Notes: generated by a model not told the origin, from the letters alone. Shown: positions 54,173-62,707, numbered from the stretch's first letter. The stretch is DNA of 63,588 nucleotides from Minisyncoccota bacterium (GCA_041671485.1 JBAZBL010000007.1:1-63588); one strand, 5' to 3'. Translations and numbers: made by a program.

Positions 54173-54709
54173 ATGGATATACCAACCTATATAAAGAATT
54201 CAATACAACAGGTTGAGGGTGATGCCAAGATTTGGATTGATGAATTTTTACAAAGATTGTCCACTAATGCCAATATACTTGAAGTAGGTAGTGGTACAGG
54301 ACGTGATGCGAATTATATTGAAAAGAAAGGATATATAGTTATTCGTACTGATATTTATCCTGAGTTTATTGAGTATCAGAATGAAAAGTACAAAAAGAAA
54401 GTTCTATTTTTTGATTTAAAACAAGAGATCATTCCTGATAATTTTTTGAAAAAATTTGATGGCTTGTTTGTGAGATCGGTACTCAATCATTTCTCCTTTG
54501 AAGAAATAAAAGAAATATTAAGGAGATTAAAACTAGTTTTGAAATCAAACGCTTTATTCGCATTCAATCTTCCTAATAATATTTTTTCACAAAAAATAAT
54601 TGACTATTTAAAACAAGAAAATTTTAATCTGATATCATTGAACATTTCACATAAAGATGGCTGGGTATATATCATTGTTTCATCTCCATATCCTCAAACC
54701 TCCTTGTAA
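54173..54709 (+). CDS. Class I SAM-dependent methyltransferase
   Basis: Motif I ILEVGSGTGRDA, 178 aa. Confidence 0.75.
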   Translation: MDIPTYIKNSIQQVEGDAKIWIDEFLQRLSTNANILEVGSGTGRDANYIEKKGYIVIRTDIYPEFIEYQNEKYKKKVLFFDLKQEIIPDNFLKKFDGLFVRSVLNHFSFEEIKEILRRLKLVLKSNALFAFNLPNNIFSQKIIDYLKQENFNLISLNISHKDGWVYIIVSSPYPQTSL

Positions 54710-54726
54710 TAATCAAATACATTCCC

Positions 54727-54732
54727 TATAAT
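54727..54732 (+). promoter_or_regulatory. -10 box (TATAAT) 8 nt upstream of ATG 54741; near-leaderless
   Basis: cccTATAATgcgatcatATG. Confidence 0.35.
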
Positions 54733-54740
54733 GCGATCAT

Positions 54741-55436
54741 ATGAAAATCCTCGTCGTAGATGACGATATAGGCCTTGCTCAAATGATAAAAAATGCTCTT
54801 TCATCTGATGGTTATGTAGTAGAAACGGCAAATGATGGAGCCGAAGGATCATTCTTAGCAAGAAGTTATGGCTATGATGTCATAATACTTGATTATTCAC
54901 TGCCAAAGAAAGATGGTATCCAAGTCTGTCTAGATATACGCAAAGCTGGCAAAACAACACCAATAATATTTTTATCAGTAGTAATGGATGTGTCACTAAA
55001 GATAGAGGCATTGGAGTCTGGTGCAGACGACTATATGACCAAACCATTTTCTATGGAAGAACTTCGCGCAAGAGTAAAAGCTATATCTAGAAGGCCAATA
55101 AAGATACAAAAACCTATAATTTCACTTTTTGATTTGTCACTCGATACAGAGAAGCAAACTATTCATCGTGGTAGAAAACTTATAAAACTGACCCGAAAAG
55201 AATTCAATCTACTACATTATCTAATGATAAATATAGGTGTAGTGATGTCGAGAGCAATGATAATGGAACATGTCTGGACTGCAGATAGTGATCTATTGTC
55301 AAACACTGTAGAAACTCATATGGGCAATTTGAGACGAAAGATAAATGGTAAGGGTAAACCAGATCTTATATTCAATATCCCCGGACGTGGATACATCATG
55401 GATACACCAGAGAATTTGAAGAAGTTCGTCTCCTGA
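54741..55436 (+). CDS. OmpR/PhoB-family response regulator (orphan; no kinase adjacent)
   Basis: Receiver domain (DD...VIILDYSLP...KPF) plus a winged-helix trans_reg_C domain (LTRKEFNLLHYL...RGYIM). Confidence 0.9.
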   Translation: MKILVVDDDIGLAQMIKNALSSDGYVVETANDGAEGSFLARSYGYDVIILDYSLPKKDGIQVCLDIRKAGKTTPIIFLSVVMDVSLKIEALESGADDYMTKPFSMEELRARVKAISRRPIKIQKPIISLFDLSLDTEKQTIHRGRKLIKLTRKEFNLLHYLMINIGVVMSRAMIMEHVWTADSDLLSNTVETHMGNLRRKINGKGKPDLIFNIPGRGYIMDTPENLKKFVS

Positions 55437-55455
55437 TATGCTTTGATACCGGTCT

Positions 55456-55494
55456 TACGCAGGTCTACCCTGAGTACGCAGGTCTACCCTGCGT
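55456..55494 (+). repeat. Two tandem 19-nt units tacgcaggtctaccctg(ag/cg); the second forms the hairpin tacgcagg/cctgcgta
   Basis: 17/17 identity between units at 55456-55472 and 55475-55491. The 8-bp palindrome arms can pair with either unit. Confidence 0.7.
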
Positions 55495-55518
55495 AGGATT
55501 TCCTAACGTTTGCGCAGG

Positions 55519-55581
55519 ATTTTATCGTTTCTTCAGCGAAATTTTATCAAAATTTTAGGAGAATTTTATCAAGATTTTATC
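55519..55581 (+). promoter_or_regulatory. Array of five ATTTTA(TC/GG) direct repeats with 11-bp phasing (candidate winged-helix regulator sites)
   Basis: Sites start at 55519, 55541, 55552, 55563 and 55574. The first 35 nt are near-identical to 23693-23727. Confidence 0.6.
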
Positions 55582-55660
55582 GCTCTTTGTTACACTTCTA
55601 GTAGATTATGTGTCGACATAATCAATTATAAAGTCATTTTTTGTATTATGATTGCAGATA

Positions 55661-55688
55661 AATACGAGCATTTCGGCATGCTCGTATT
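55661..55688. terminator. 11-bp perfect hairpin, possible bidirectional terminator
   Basis: aatacgagcat-ttcggc-atgctcgtatt with T-rich flanks on both strands. Lies 23 nt from the stop of CDS 55711..56511. Confidence 0.5.
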
Positions 55689-55710
55689 TGTCGTATGTAT
55701 TTTATGGAAA

Positions 55711-56511
55711 TTAGAGTTTCAATCTTGCATTTCCTTTTGTATTTGCTTTCTTCAATTCCCCTTGCACATCTCTTGCAGCTTTCCTGTATGCACAAAAATC
55801 ACAATCATCTCCTGCTTTGGGTGGATTTTCAGACATTAGACATGTTTTTATCTTGGGTAATATAGGATCTATCCAAGAAGGATCACCTTTGCAAGGAAGC
55901 AATACGACATCAAATTCTAGCTTTTTATCAAATGCTTCTCTATCTTTATTACCATTTACATATACAAAATATCCTGTAGGAGATACCTTGAAGCCATTCA
56001 TGCGAAATAACCATTGATAAACTTCCATTTGTCTTTTGTATTGTTCGCCTAGTCTGCCTTCTAGCGTTATCTCATCTCTTTTTGAAGTTGCTTTATAGTC
56101 AACTATTATCAATTCTTCTTTCTTATTGACCCAGACATCGTCTACTCCACCCCTTACAGAGAGATTTGTTTCTCTATGTAAATATTCTATTCCCCTCCTC
56201 ATCGAATCTCTCCATTCTTCCATTCTCGGATCGTCAAATGGCAAAGCATCTATTTTATAAGATTCCATGAATGGGTGGCGGGTCTTTGCAACTCTATGTA
56301 TATCAAATTCTCTTTTTAGGAGTTCATCTACTGCTATATTTAGAGTGAGAGGAAATGAAGGTGGTCGCCCTACACCGAGTCTTTGATCGAGATAGAAACA
56401 GAGTGGACAGTCGATGAATAGATCTATCTTACTTCTACTTATGCGGTGTGGTTGCGTAGAATTGGGATCAAAGATCCCCCGTGTTTTCCTAGGTTTATAG
56501 TATTCGCTCAT
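55711..56511 (-). CDS. PD-(D/E)XK nuclease, Cas4/RecB-like, with four Cys
   Basis: IVDYKATSK motif with N-terminal CPLC and C-terminal CDFC, suggesting an Fe-S or Zn site. Confidence 0.65.
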   Translation of the reverse strand: MSEYYKPRKTRGIFDPNSTQPHRISRSKIDLFIDCPLCFYLDQRLGVGRPPSFPLTLNIAVDELLKREFDIHRVAKTRHPFMESYKIDALPFDDPRMEEWRDSMRRGIEYLHRETNLSVRGGVDDVWVNKKEELIIVDYKATSKRDEITLEGRLGEQYKRQMEVYQWLFRMNGFKVSPTGYFVYVNGNKDREAFDKKLEFDVVLLPCKGDPSWIDPILPKIKTCLMSENPPKAGDDCDFCAYRKAARDVQGELKKANTKGNARLKL

Positions 56512-56549
56512 ATTTGAATACTAACATGAAATCACCAATAATACTGTTA

Positions 56550-56584
56550 CTATAATAAAATATGCTCCTACTTGTGTAGGAGCA
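56550..56584 (-). terminator. Terminator of CDS 56608..57216
   Basis: Minus strand tgctcctac-acaa-gtaggagca followed by tattttatta. Confidence 0.7.
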
Positions 56585-56607
56585 CTGCTTGGAACAAAGC
56601 CACTTGA

Positions 56608-57216
56608 TCAATCTGGATTGGGCATAGCCAATCTCTGAACACAGACATCCAGAGTACCGAAGGAAACCTGTGTTCGAATGAAATCCAGAGCCAATTCGAG
56701 AGCGTTCTGTCGGTCTCTTATTTTCCCGACCATCTTCTTGAGCTCTCCCTCAACTGCCCATAGTCCCGGAAGATACCAGATCTCCCAGTATCTACCATCA
56801 TCTCCACGACGAGATCTCATACATTCGAAGCCAAAAGATTCCAAAGTACGAGCGTTCCTTTGATATCCTTCTTCACTGTAATGATACCCACATAGGTGTT
56901 GAATGGATATTGACGGTAAAGTGTGGTCTTCCAATTTCTCGAGCTCAAACAGTTCAGGCGTAGTTGCTCTCTCTCCTTCACTTGGAGTTGGCCGGCGCCA
57001 GAACGGTAGCATCTCCGTATCCTCGAAAGGATGTGGCTGTGGTTGCCAACCATGAGTGAAAGATAGTCGTCCGTTATCACCACGGACATAATACCCACCA
57101 CCCAACATCCCTTGCATTTTTTCGACTTCTTCTTCTGTCAGACCTTTGAATTCGACTGAGTCTGGGCCATGAGAGACGATTGAGACTCTCTTAATACTAT
57201 CCATGTCATCATTCAT
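56608..57216 (-). CDS. Hypothetical 202-aa protein (GC-rich island)
   Basis: Long ORF with protein-like composition; no family recognised. Confidence 0.5.
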   Translation of the reverse strand: MNDDMDSIKRVSIVSHGPDSVEFKGLTEEEVEKMQGMLGGGYYVRGDNGRLSFTHGWQPQPHPFEDTEMLPFWRRPTPSEGERATTPELFELEKLEDHTLPSISIQHLCGYHYSEEGYQRNARTLESFGFECMRSRRGDDGRYWEIWYLPGLWAVEGELKKMVGKIRDRQNALELALDFIRTQVSFGTLDVCVQRLAMPNPD

Positions 57217-57284
57217 GTGAACAACTTTCTGTTAAGGTTCTCTAATGTCAAATCTACTCCAATATGACTACAAGTCAAGATCCT

Positions 57285-57884
57285 TCAACTGAAGAAATCC
57301 GGAGTGATATCATAGTCCAGTGGCTTGCCCACTTCATGACCATATAGGAACTTGATGTGTAATTGCCAGCCCTTTAGAAGGCGTGGCAACCATAACACAT
57401 CACTATTGATCATCCTTGAAAATGGTAACCTACTGATGGAAAACCATTTGATCCTGATAAATCCTTGTCCACAGATTACAGAGTCGATCAGCCATTCTGG
57501 GACTATAACTCGATATATACTGGCAACCCATTTGAGTTCCGCTGATCCCCAATCTTTATTGCCATGGGAAGTAAAGTATCCTTCCAAAAAACCAACTTTC
57601 CGGAAACTATTGAGTGCCAGTTTCAATCCTGTCTCTTCTCTGAGTTCTCTCTGAGCAGAATGTACCAAACTCCTGTCAGACGGTTCGACTGCCCCACCGG
57701 GCGGAACGAAACAATTACAACCGACGATGCGACGCTTCCTGCGCCTATCGGCAGATGTCTCTCGGGGCTTGAGTCCCAAGAGTAACCTAACTCTCGGATC
57801 GATCGGATTGCGATCAACAACAAGAACGATATTACCAATATGTGGTTTTGTATTCATAAAAAATCCTCTTGAGCCAGAATACAC
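57285..57884 (-). CDS. NUDIX hydrolase (GC-rich island)
   Basis: Nudix box GGAVEPSDRSLVHSAQRELREETGL. Confidence 0.8.
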   Translation of the reverse strand: MYSGSRGFFMNTKPHIGNIVLVVDRNPIDPRVRLLLGLKPRETSADRRRKRRIVGCNCFVPPGGAVEPSDRSLVHSAQRELREETGLKLALNSFRKVGFLEGYFTSHGNKDWGSAELKWVASIYRVIVPEWLIDSVICGQGFIRIKWFSISRLPFSRMINSDVLWLPRLLKGWQLHIKFLYGHEVGKPLDYDITPDFFS

Positions 57885-57954
57885 TTTAAATAATGAAAAT
57901 ACAACATTTGACTTAAATCCTTAGATATGATTATATTATTTACTAGAAAGAGAG

Positions 57955-58407
57955 GTGATACCATTGAAACACCGATACCATGGCTTTTCAGAAAAGAAAG
58001 GCAGACGGGCAAGACGACAACTACAGAGATGTGCTGGTAGCATATTGTACGAAGTCGCACTTATCTCTGGCGATCGTGCTGAACAATTGGTAATCGAAGC
58101 CTTCGACAAGGCTATGAATGAGAACAGGATTCCTGACTGGTTGTATAACTGGAAAAGACAGCCAAGGTTATTGAAAAATGATAGCATTGGCATAGACATT
58201 GTCTTCATGACAGAAGAAGGACCTGTATTCATCCAAGTAAAAAGTTCGAGAATTCGTGCAATTGAATTTCATTCGAAACATCCAAATAGCAATATCCGAG
58301 TTGTTGTAGTCAACATTCTGGACGATTGGCTAACTATCTTCGGCAAAGTGATCGCTGAAGTAGATATCGGATATCAACAACTCGTTCAGCAGGCGTCTCC
58401 GGCGTGA
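57955..58407 (+). CDS. Hypothetical protein with a restriction-endonuclease-like motif
   Basis: GIDIVFMTEEGPVFIQVKSS matches the D-x(n)-(E/Q)-x-K pattern. 150 aa. Confidence 0.45.
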   Translation: MIPLKHRYHGFSEKKGRRARRQLQRCAGSILYEVALISGDRAEQLVIEAFDKAMNENRIPDWLYNWKRQPRLLKNDSIGIDIVFMTEEGPVFIQVKSSRIRAIEFHSKHPNSNIRVVVVNILDDWLTIFGKVIAEVDIGYQQLVQQASPA

Positions 58408-58421
58408 GACGCCTTTTTTTA
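58391..58421 (+). terminator. Rho-independent terminator overlapping the stop codon
   Basis: aggcgtctc-cggcgt-gagacgcct followed by a T7 run. Confidence 0.9.
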
Positions 58422-58450
58422 TCTACATTAAGAACTAATCTTGATTATTC

Positions 58451-59149
58451 CTATTTCTTTTCTGCAACTGTGACTTTCTTTATGACAATATTATCTATAG
58501 GTTTATCATTTGTATCGGTTTTGCTAGAAGCAATAGCATCCACTACATCCATTCCAGAAATGACTTTGCCAAATATCGTGTAATTGTGTGGTAGTGGATT
58601 GTCTTTGTGCATAATAAAGAATTGACTACCATTTGTATTTGGACCAGAATTTGCCATAGCAACCGTTCCTCGTACATAACCAGTCTTATAAGAAGAAGTT
58701 TCTGGATTGAGTTCATCTGCAAATTTATAACCCGGCCCACCAGTACCTGTGCCAGTTGGATCACCGCCTTGTATCATGAAATCTTTGATAACTCGGTGAA
58801 AGATGACATTCTCATAAAACTTTTTATTTGCAAGTGTGACAAAGTTCTCAACTGTTTTTGGTACATCAGCATCATAAGTCTCAAATACTATCGTACCCTT
58901 ATTTGTCTCTACTGTTATTGTATGCATGAAGTTTTTTATGGCTTTATTATTAATTGTTTGTGATTCTGGACTAGTGACAGGATTGGTCCCAACACTTGCT
59001 TGCAACATTTCATTGGCTACTGTTGATGAAGCAGTAGAATTCATGATATCTTCCAAACTCATTGGATATTGAGAGTTATTGTCAAATACAAACCAAACTG
59101 CGGCGATTACAACGATTATTATAGCAACTATAGTTATTGTCTTTTTCAT
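58451..59149 (-). CDS. Cyclophilin-type peptidyl-prolyl isomerase, membrane anchored
   Basis: FHRVIKDFMIQGGDP, MANSGPNTNGSQFFI, and an N-terminal TM. Confidence 0.93.
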   Translation of the reverse strand: MKKTITIVAIIIVVIAAVWFVFDNNSQYPMSLEDIMNSTASSTVANEMLQASVGTNPVTSPESQTINNKAIKNFMHTITVETNKGTIVFETYDADVPKTVENFVTLANKKFYENVIFHRVIKDFMIQGGDPTGTGTGGPGYKFADELNPETSSYKTGYVRGTVAMANSGPNTNGSQFFIMHKDNPLPHNYTIFGKVISGMDVVDAIASSKTDTNDKPIDNIVIKKVTVAEKK

Positions 59150-59209
59150 TTTGTTTACAGATAAGGATTATTTGATAATTTATAACTAAACTATATCTTC
59201 TCTCTTATT

Positions 59210-60229
59210 TCAAAACTTGTAAAGCTCTTTGGCTTTCGACACAACTACTCTCTTGGCTTCTTCTAGAGACGTATTGTTGAGTAGAGCACCTGATGCTGCT
59301 TTATGACCTCCACCACCAAACTCGGTAGCGATTCTTGACACATCGAAACGATCTGAATCCCTAGTGCGAAAACTTATCTTGATCTTGTCTTTTTCTATCT
59401 CAGTCATAAGCACACTTACATTCCAACCAATAACAGATTTCAATAGATTGCCTATTTCACTACCACTGACTGCATTCAAAGAAATATTTTTTTCTTTTAC
59501 ATCTTCTTGTGATACAGATGCTATAACAACATTCTCGTCTAAAAAAGTCTCAATAGAATTGAGCGCTGCTCTTTCGAAATATACAACATCTTTCTCATTG
59601 CTATTCTCTAATATAAATATTGCCTGTGGGAAATCTGGAGCAATCTTGGTCAATACACCAATAGCTTCAAACATCCTATGATCTGTCCCTTCATACTTGA
59701 AGCCACCTGTATCAGAATACATTCCCGTAAAAAGATTGATTGAAATATCGTGAGTCAATTCAACATTCCACTCATGAAATAGTTGAAACAGAGTAAAAGC
59801 CAACGCTTGAGAATTGAGGTCTATAAGATTTATATCTGCATAATTTGTATTTGTTTGGTGATGATCAATATTTATCGTCTTTATCTCCAATGGAAACTTC
59901 ATATCTCCCCTACGAGATATCATACTTGGAGCAGCACTATCCAGAATTAAAAACAGATCAAATTCTTTTATATCTATTTCAAAAAAATTCTTTTGCATTA
60001 TTGTCGAAGCGCCCAGAAAATGCATATAGGCTTGTGGAATATCTGAATCACCACTGATAGCAGTCACCTTCTTGCCCATCTTTTCCAATGCATATTTCAT
60101 AGCCAAGACCGAGCATACAGAATCTGTGTCAGGCGAAGGATGACAATGTAGTAATATAGAATTGGCTTTTTGTATCTCTCTCAGAATAATAGGCGCTTTT
60201 TCTTTTATTATTTGTGATATTTCATTCAT
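59210..60229 (-). CDS. DHH-family phosphoesterase (NrnA-like)
   Basis: DHH motifs (HPSPDTDS, DHH in NIDHHQ) and DHHA1 GGGH. Confidence 0.85.
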   Translation of the reverse strand: MNEISQIIKEKAPIILREIQKANSILLHCHPSPDTDSVCSVLAMKYALEKMGKKVTAISGDSDIPQAYMHFLGASTIMQKNFFEIDIKEFDLFLILDSAAPSMISRRGDMKFPLEIKTINIDHHQTNTNYADINLIDLNSQALAFTLFQLFHEWNVELTHDISINLFTGMYSDTGGFKYEGTDHRMFEAIGVLTKIAPDFPQAIFILENSNEKDVVYFERAALNSIETFLDENVVIASVSQEDVKEKNISLNAVSGSEIGNLLKSVIGWNVSVLMTEIEKDKIKISFRTRDSDRFDVSRIATEFGGGGHKAASGALLNNTSLEEAKRVVVSKAKELYKF

Positions 60230-60254
60230 ATAATTATCCTAGCATATTTGATAT

Positions 60255-60289
60255 AAGAAAAAACGCGCCAACTCGAGGTTGACGCGTTT
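60255..60289 (-). terminator. Rho-independent terminator of the large non-coding transcript
   Basis: Minus strand aaacgcgtcaac-ctcga-gttggcgcgttt followed by a T run. Its G-U wobble is valid only on the minus strand. Confidence 0.8.
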
Positions 60290-60922
60290 GGCAGAGTCTT
60301 TCTCCCTGCCTACTGTCCCTTTTTTCCGATCTTTATTTTGATGGGTGCCGGGCGAGCTTATGCAGGCCACGGTCTCGCCGTCGATATCTCCTTTCCGGTG
60401 GATTACCACCGGTGGTAGACCGACGGACAGAAGCGTGGTCGCAGTGCAAAGGAATCTCGTCGTCGAGACGAGCTCCTCTTAGCGCCGCGCCAGGCACCCG
60501 TTTCTTAACAGGATCCAATTAACGCTGATACAAAGTATGCAAAACTCTGTATCATCAAACCTACTGACCTATTGACCACCGAGGTCCAAATAAGGTCTGT
60601 AAGGTCTGATTGCGTTTTACGGCCTTTCAAGGAGTGAACTTCTCGAGTAAACCCCAGCGTAAGTTGCATCTTGACGCTTAGGAAGACCAAGAGAAGTTTC
60701 GAAACTCACTCCTTAACTCAAGACGTGGAATTCGCTGTCTGCGAACTTCCACGCCAAGAGCAAGCTCTAAGGCGTAATTCTTGCCTTTAAGGTCGCTAGC
60801 GTTAAGATGGGATCCAAAAAATCATCTAAACACGCGCTCCACTCCGACTTCTAGAAATAGAAAGCAGAGTGGAACACGCATTTATTTGATTCGTAAGATC
60901 AGATATCAATGTACTTAACTGC
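60290..60922 (-). ncRNA. Unclassified ~630-nt GC-rich structured non-coding RNA candidate
   Basis: Bounded by a consensus promoter and a terminator. There is no credible ORF, and many local and long-range helices are present. No match to tmRNA, SRP or RNase P signatures that I can recognise. Confidence 0.55.
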
Positions 60923-60926
60923 AGAT

Positions 60927-60954
60927 AGTATAGCATACCCATTGTATTTGTCAA
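60927..60954 (-). promoter_or_regulatory. Strong sigma70-type promoter driving the non-coding transcript
   Basis: Minus strand TTGACA-N16-TGcTATACT. Confidence 0.7.
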
Positions 60955-61085
60955 GCAATATTTTCTCAAATATTCAAAATATGGCCTTATTGAGCCATAT
61001 TTATTTTATTTTGACAGGCCATTTTCTTGCCTTTTTGGAGGATTATTATATTTCCATCAATAGAAATGTTCCTGAATGAAAAATG

Positions 61086-61094
61086 TGCTATATT
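61086..61094 (+). promoter_or_regulatory. Extended -10 (TGcTATATT) 6 nt upstream of ATG 61101; leaderless aspS
   Basis: aTGcTATATTtatgctATGcgc. The -10 box lies inside the longer ORF-track start at 61083. Confidence 0.4.
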
Positions 61095-61100
61095 TATGCT

Positions 61101-62426
61101 ATGCGCACATATATTCATGAACTAAAAGAAAATGTTGGAAAAGAAGTATCTATTTCTGGCTGGATAGACGTAAGGCGTGATCAGGGAAAAATGATTTTCT
61201 TTGAATTTAGAGATGTATCTGGCAAAGTTCAAGGTGTAGTATTGCCAAACAATAAAAAGACTTTGGAATTGTGCAAAGATATTCGTCCAGAATGGGTAGT
61301 CAATGTTATTGGTTTAGTGAATAAGAGACCTGATAAAAATATTCAGAAAGATAAATTAAACGGTGATATTGAGATAGAAGTAAAAGATATTGTAATATTA
61401 GCAGAAGCAAAAGAATTGCCTTTTGAATTGAATGCTGATGTCAATCTAGATACATACTTCGATACTCTTCCCTTCACTCTACGTAGACCCAAAGCCAAAG
61501 CAATATTCAGAGTACAAGCGTGTATCACAAGAGCATTCCGAGAATTCTATGATAGTAAAGGATTTGTAGAATTCCAAGCACCAAAACTGATTGGCGATGA
61601 TGCAGAGGGCGGAGCAAATTCTTTCGATGTAACTTATTTCAAACACATAGCACACTTGGCACAAAGTCCGCAACTATACAAACAAATAATGGTTGGAGTA
61701 TTTGAAAGAGTCTTTACACTGGGCAATGTATATAGAGCAGAGAAACATTCTACGACAAGACACCTCAATGAATATACTTCTATGGACATAGAAATGGGTT
61801 TTATCAAAGATCATGAAGATATAATGAATATTGAAAATGAAATGTTAGCCTATGTTTCAGATATCCTAAAGAAAGAATGTAAAGTTGAATTTGAATTATT
61901 AAAATCAACTATTCCTGAAGTATCAAATAAAATACCACGTATGACTTTGCGTGATGCACAAAAACTCATAACAAAAGAGACAGGCAAAGATTGCACGCAA
62001 GAACCCGACCTAGAACCAGAGCATGAACGTTGGCTTTGTGAATATTCTGCAAAAAACCTTGATTCAGAGTTTATATTTATAACTCATTTCCCTACAGCAA
62101 AAAGACCCTTCTATACTTATCGTGATGAAAAAGATCCTACTTATACCAAAGGATTTGATCTTTTATTTCGTGGAGTAGAGATAACGACTGGTGCACAACG
62201 AATTCACAAATACGATGATCTAGTATCATCACTCAAAGAAAAGGGCCTAAATCCAGAGAAATTCTCTTTTTATTTGCAGGCCTTCAAATACGGCATGCCT
62301 CCACATGGAGGATTTGGCCTTGGACTTGAACGCCTAACAGCCAAACTTCTAGGTATTGAAAACGTCAAAGAAGCAACTCTATTCCCTAGGGATATGAATC
62401 GCATCGACACTTTACTTTCGGAGTGA
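61101..62426 (+). CDS. aspS: Aspartyl-tRNA synthetase, archaeal/eukaryotic type
   Basis: Class IIb motifs QSPQLYKQ, FRAEKHSTTRHLNEYTSMDIEM, GGFGLGLERL. About 440 aa. Confidence 0.85.
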   Translation: MRTYIHELKENVGKEVSISGWIDVRRDQGKMIFFEFRDVSGKVQGVVLPNNKKTLELCKDIRPEWVVNVIGLVNKRPDKNIQKDKLNGDIEIEVKDIVILAEAKELPFELNADVNLDTYFDTLPFTLRRPKAKAIFRVQACITRAFREFYDSKGFVEFQAPKLIGDDAEGGANSFDVTYFKHIAHLAQSPQLYKQIMVGVFERVFTLGNVYRAEKHSTTRHLNEYTSMDIEMGFIKDHEDIMNIENEMLAYVSDILKKECKVEFELLKSTIPEVSNKIPRMTLRDAQKLITKETGKDCTQEPDLEPEHERWLCEYSAKNLDSEFIFITHFPTAKRPFYTYRDEKDPTYTKGFDLLFRGVEITTGAQRIHKYDDLVSSLKEKGLNPEKFSFYLQAFKYGMPPHGGFGLGLERLTAKLLGIENVKEATLFPRDMNRIDTLLSE

Positions 62427-62434
62427 TACCGTAA

Positions 62435-62539
62435 TTACCTCTTCTTTTTTGCCGCCAACATCGCGTATTTTATAGCCAAACGTTTCTTTGTCTTTTTTGA
62501 TCTAGAAGAGTGTGCTTGTACTGATGCTCTTTTTGCCAT
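62435..62539 (-). CDS. Candidate 34-aa highly basic peptide (ribosomal-protein-like composition)
   Basis: MAKRASVQAHSSRSKKTKKRLAIKYAMLAAKKKR. Below the ORF-track cutoff; identity unknown. Confidence 0.25.
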   Translation of the reverse strand: MAKRASVQAHSSRSKKTKKRLAIKYAMLAAKKKR

Positions 62540-62707
62540 GATTTTATTATTTGAATTATTACTAAGTGTTAATATCATACATCAAATCTAAACAAATGCG
62601 AACATTTTCTGAAAAATCTAGTATATTTTGCTCCAAATATGCTATAATCATTTTCTAGATTAAACCTAGATAAAGGCTCAAAATTAACAAGATTTCTCGT
62701 ATAAACT

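Noticed and set aside
55456-55581. CRISPR array
   Set aside because: There are only two 19-nt units with no spacers, followed by 8-nt repeats at an 11-bp period. There are no cas genes. The Cas4-like nuclease nearby is a stand-alone PD-(D/E)XK protein.
60300-60520. Cobalamin or c-di-AMP (ydaO) riboswitch upstream of the DHH phosphoesterase
   Set aside because: CCGGTGGTAATCCACCGG superficially resembles the GGTG..AATCC segment of B12 aptamers. But the CCCGC...CTGTAA and B12-box elements are absent, as are the ydaO GGGGA/ACGGGG motifs.
60290-60922. tmRNA (ssrA) as the identity of the large GC-rich non-coding region
   Set aside because: There is no GGGG...TTCGACG 5-prime tRNA-like half and no T-arm/acceptor/ACCA 3-prime end on either strand. 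No tag reading frame ends in an Ala-rich C-terminus. At ~630 nt it is also too long. A permuted two-piece form cannot be excluded without a CM search.
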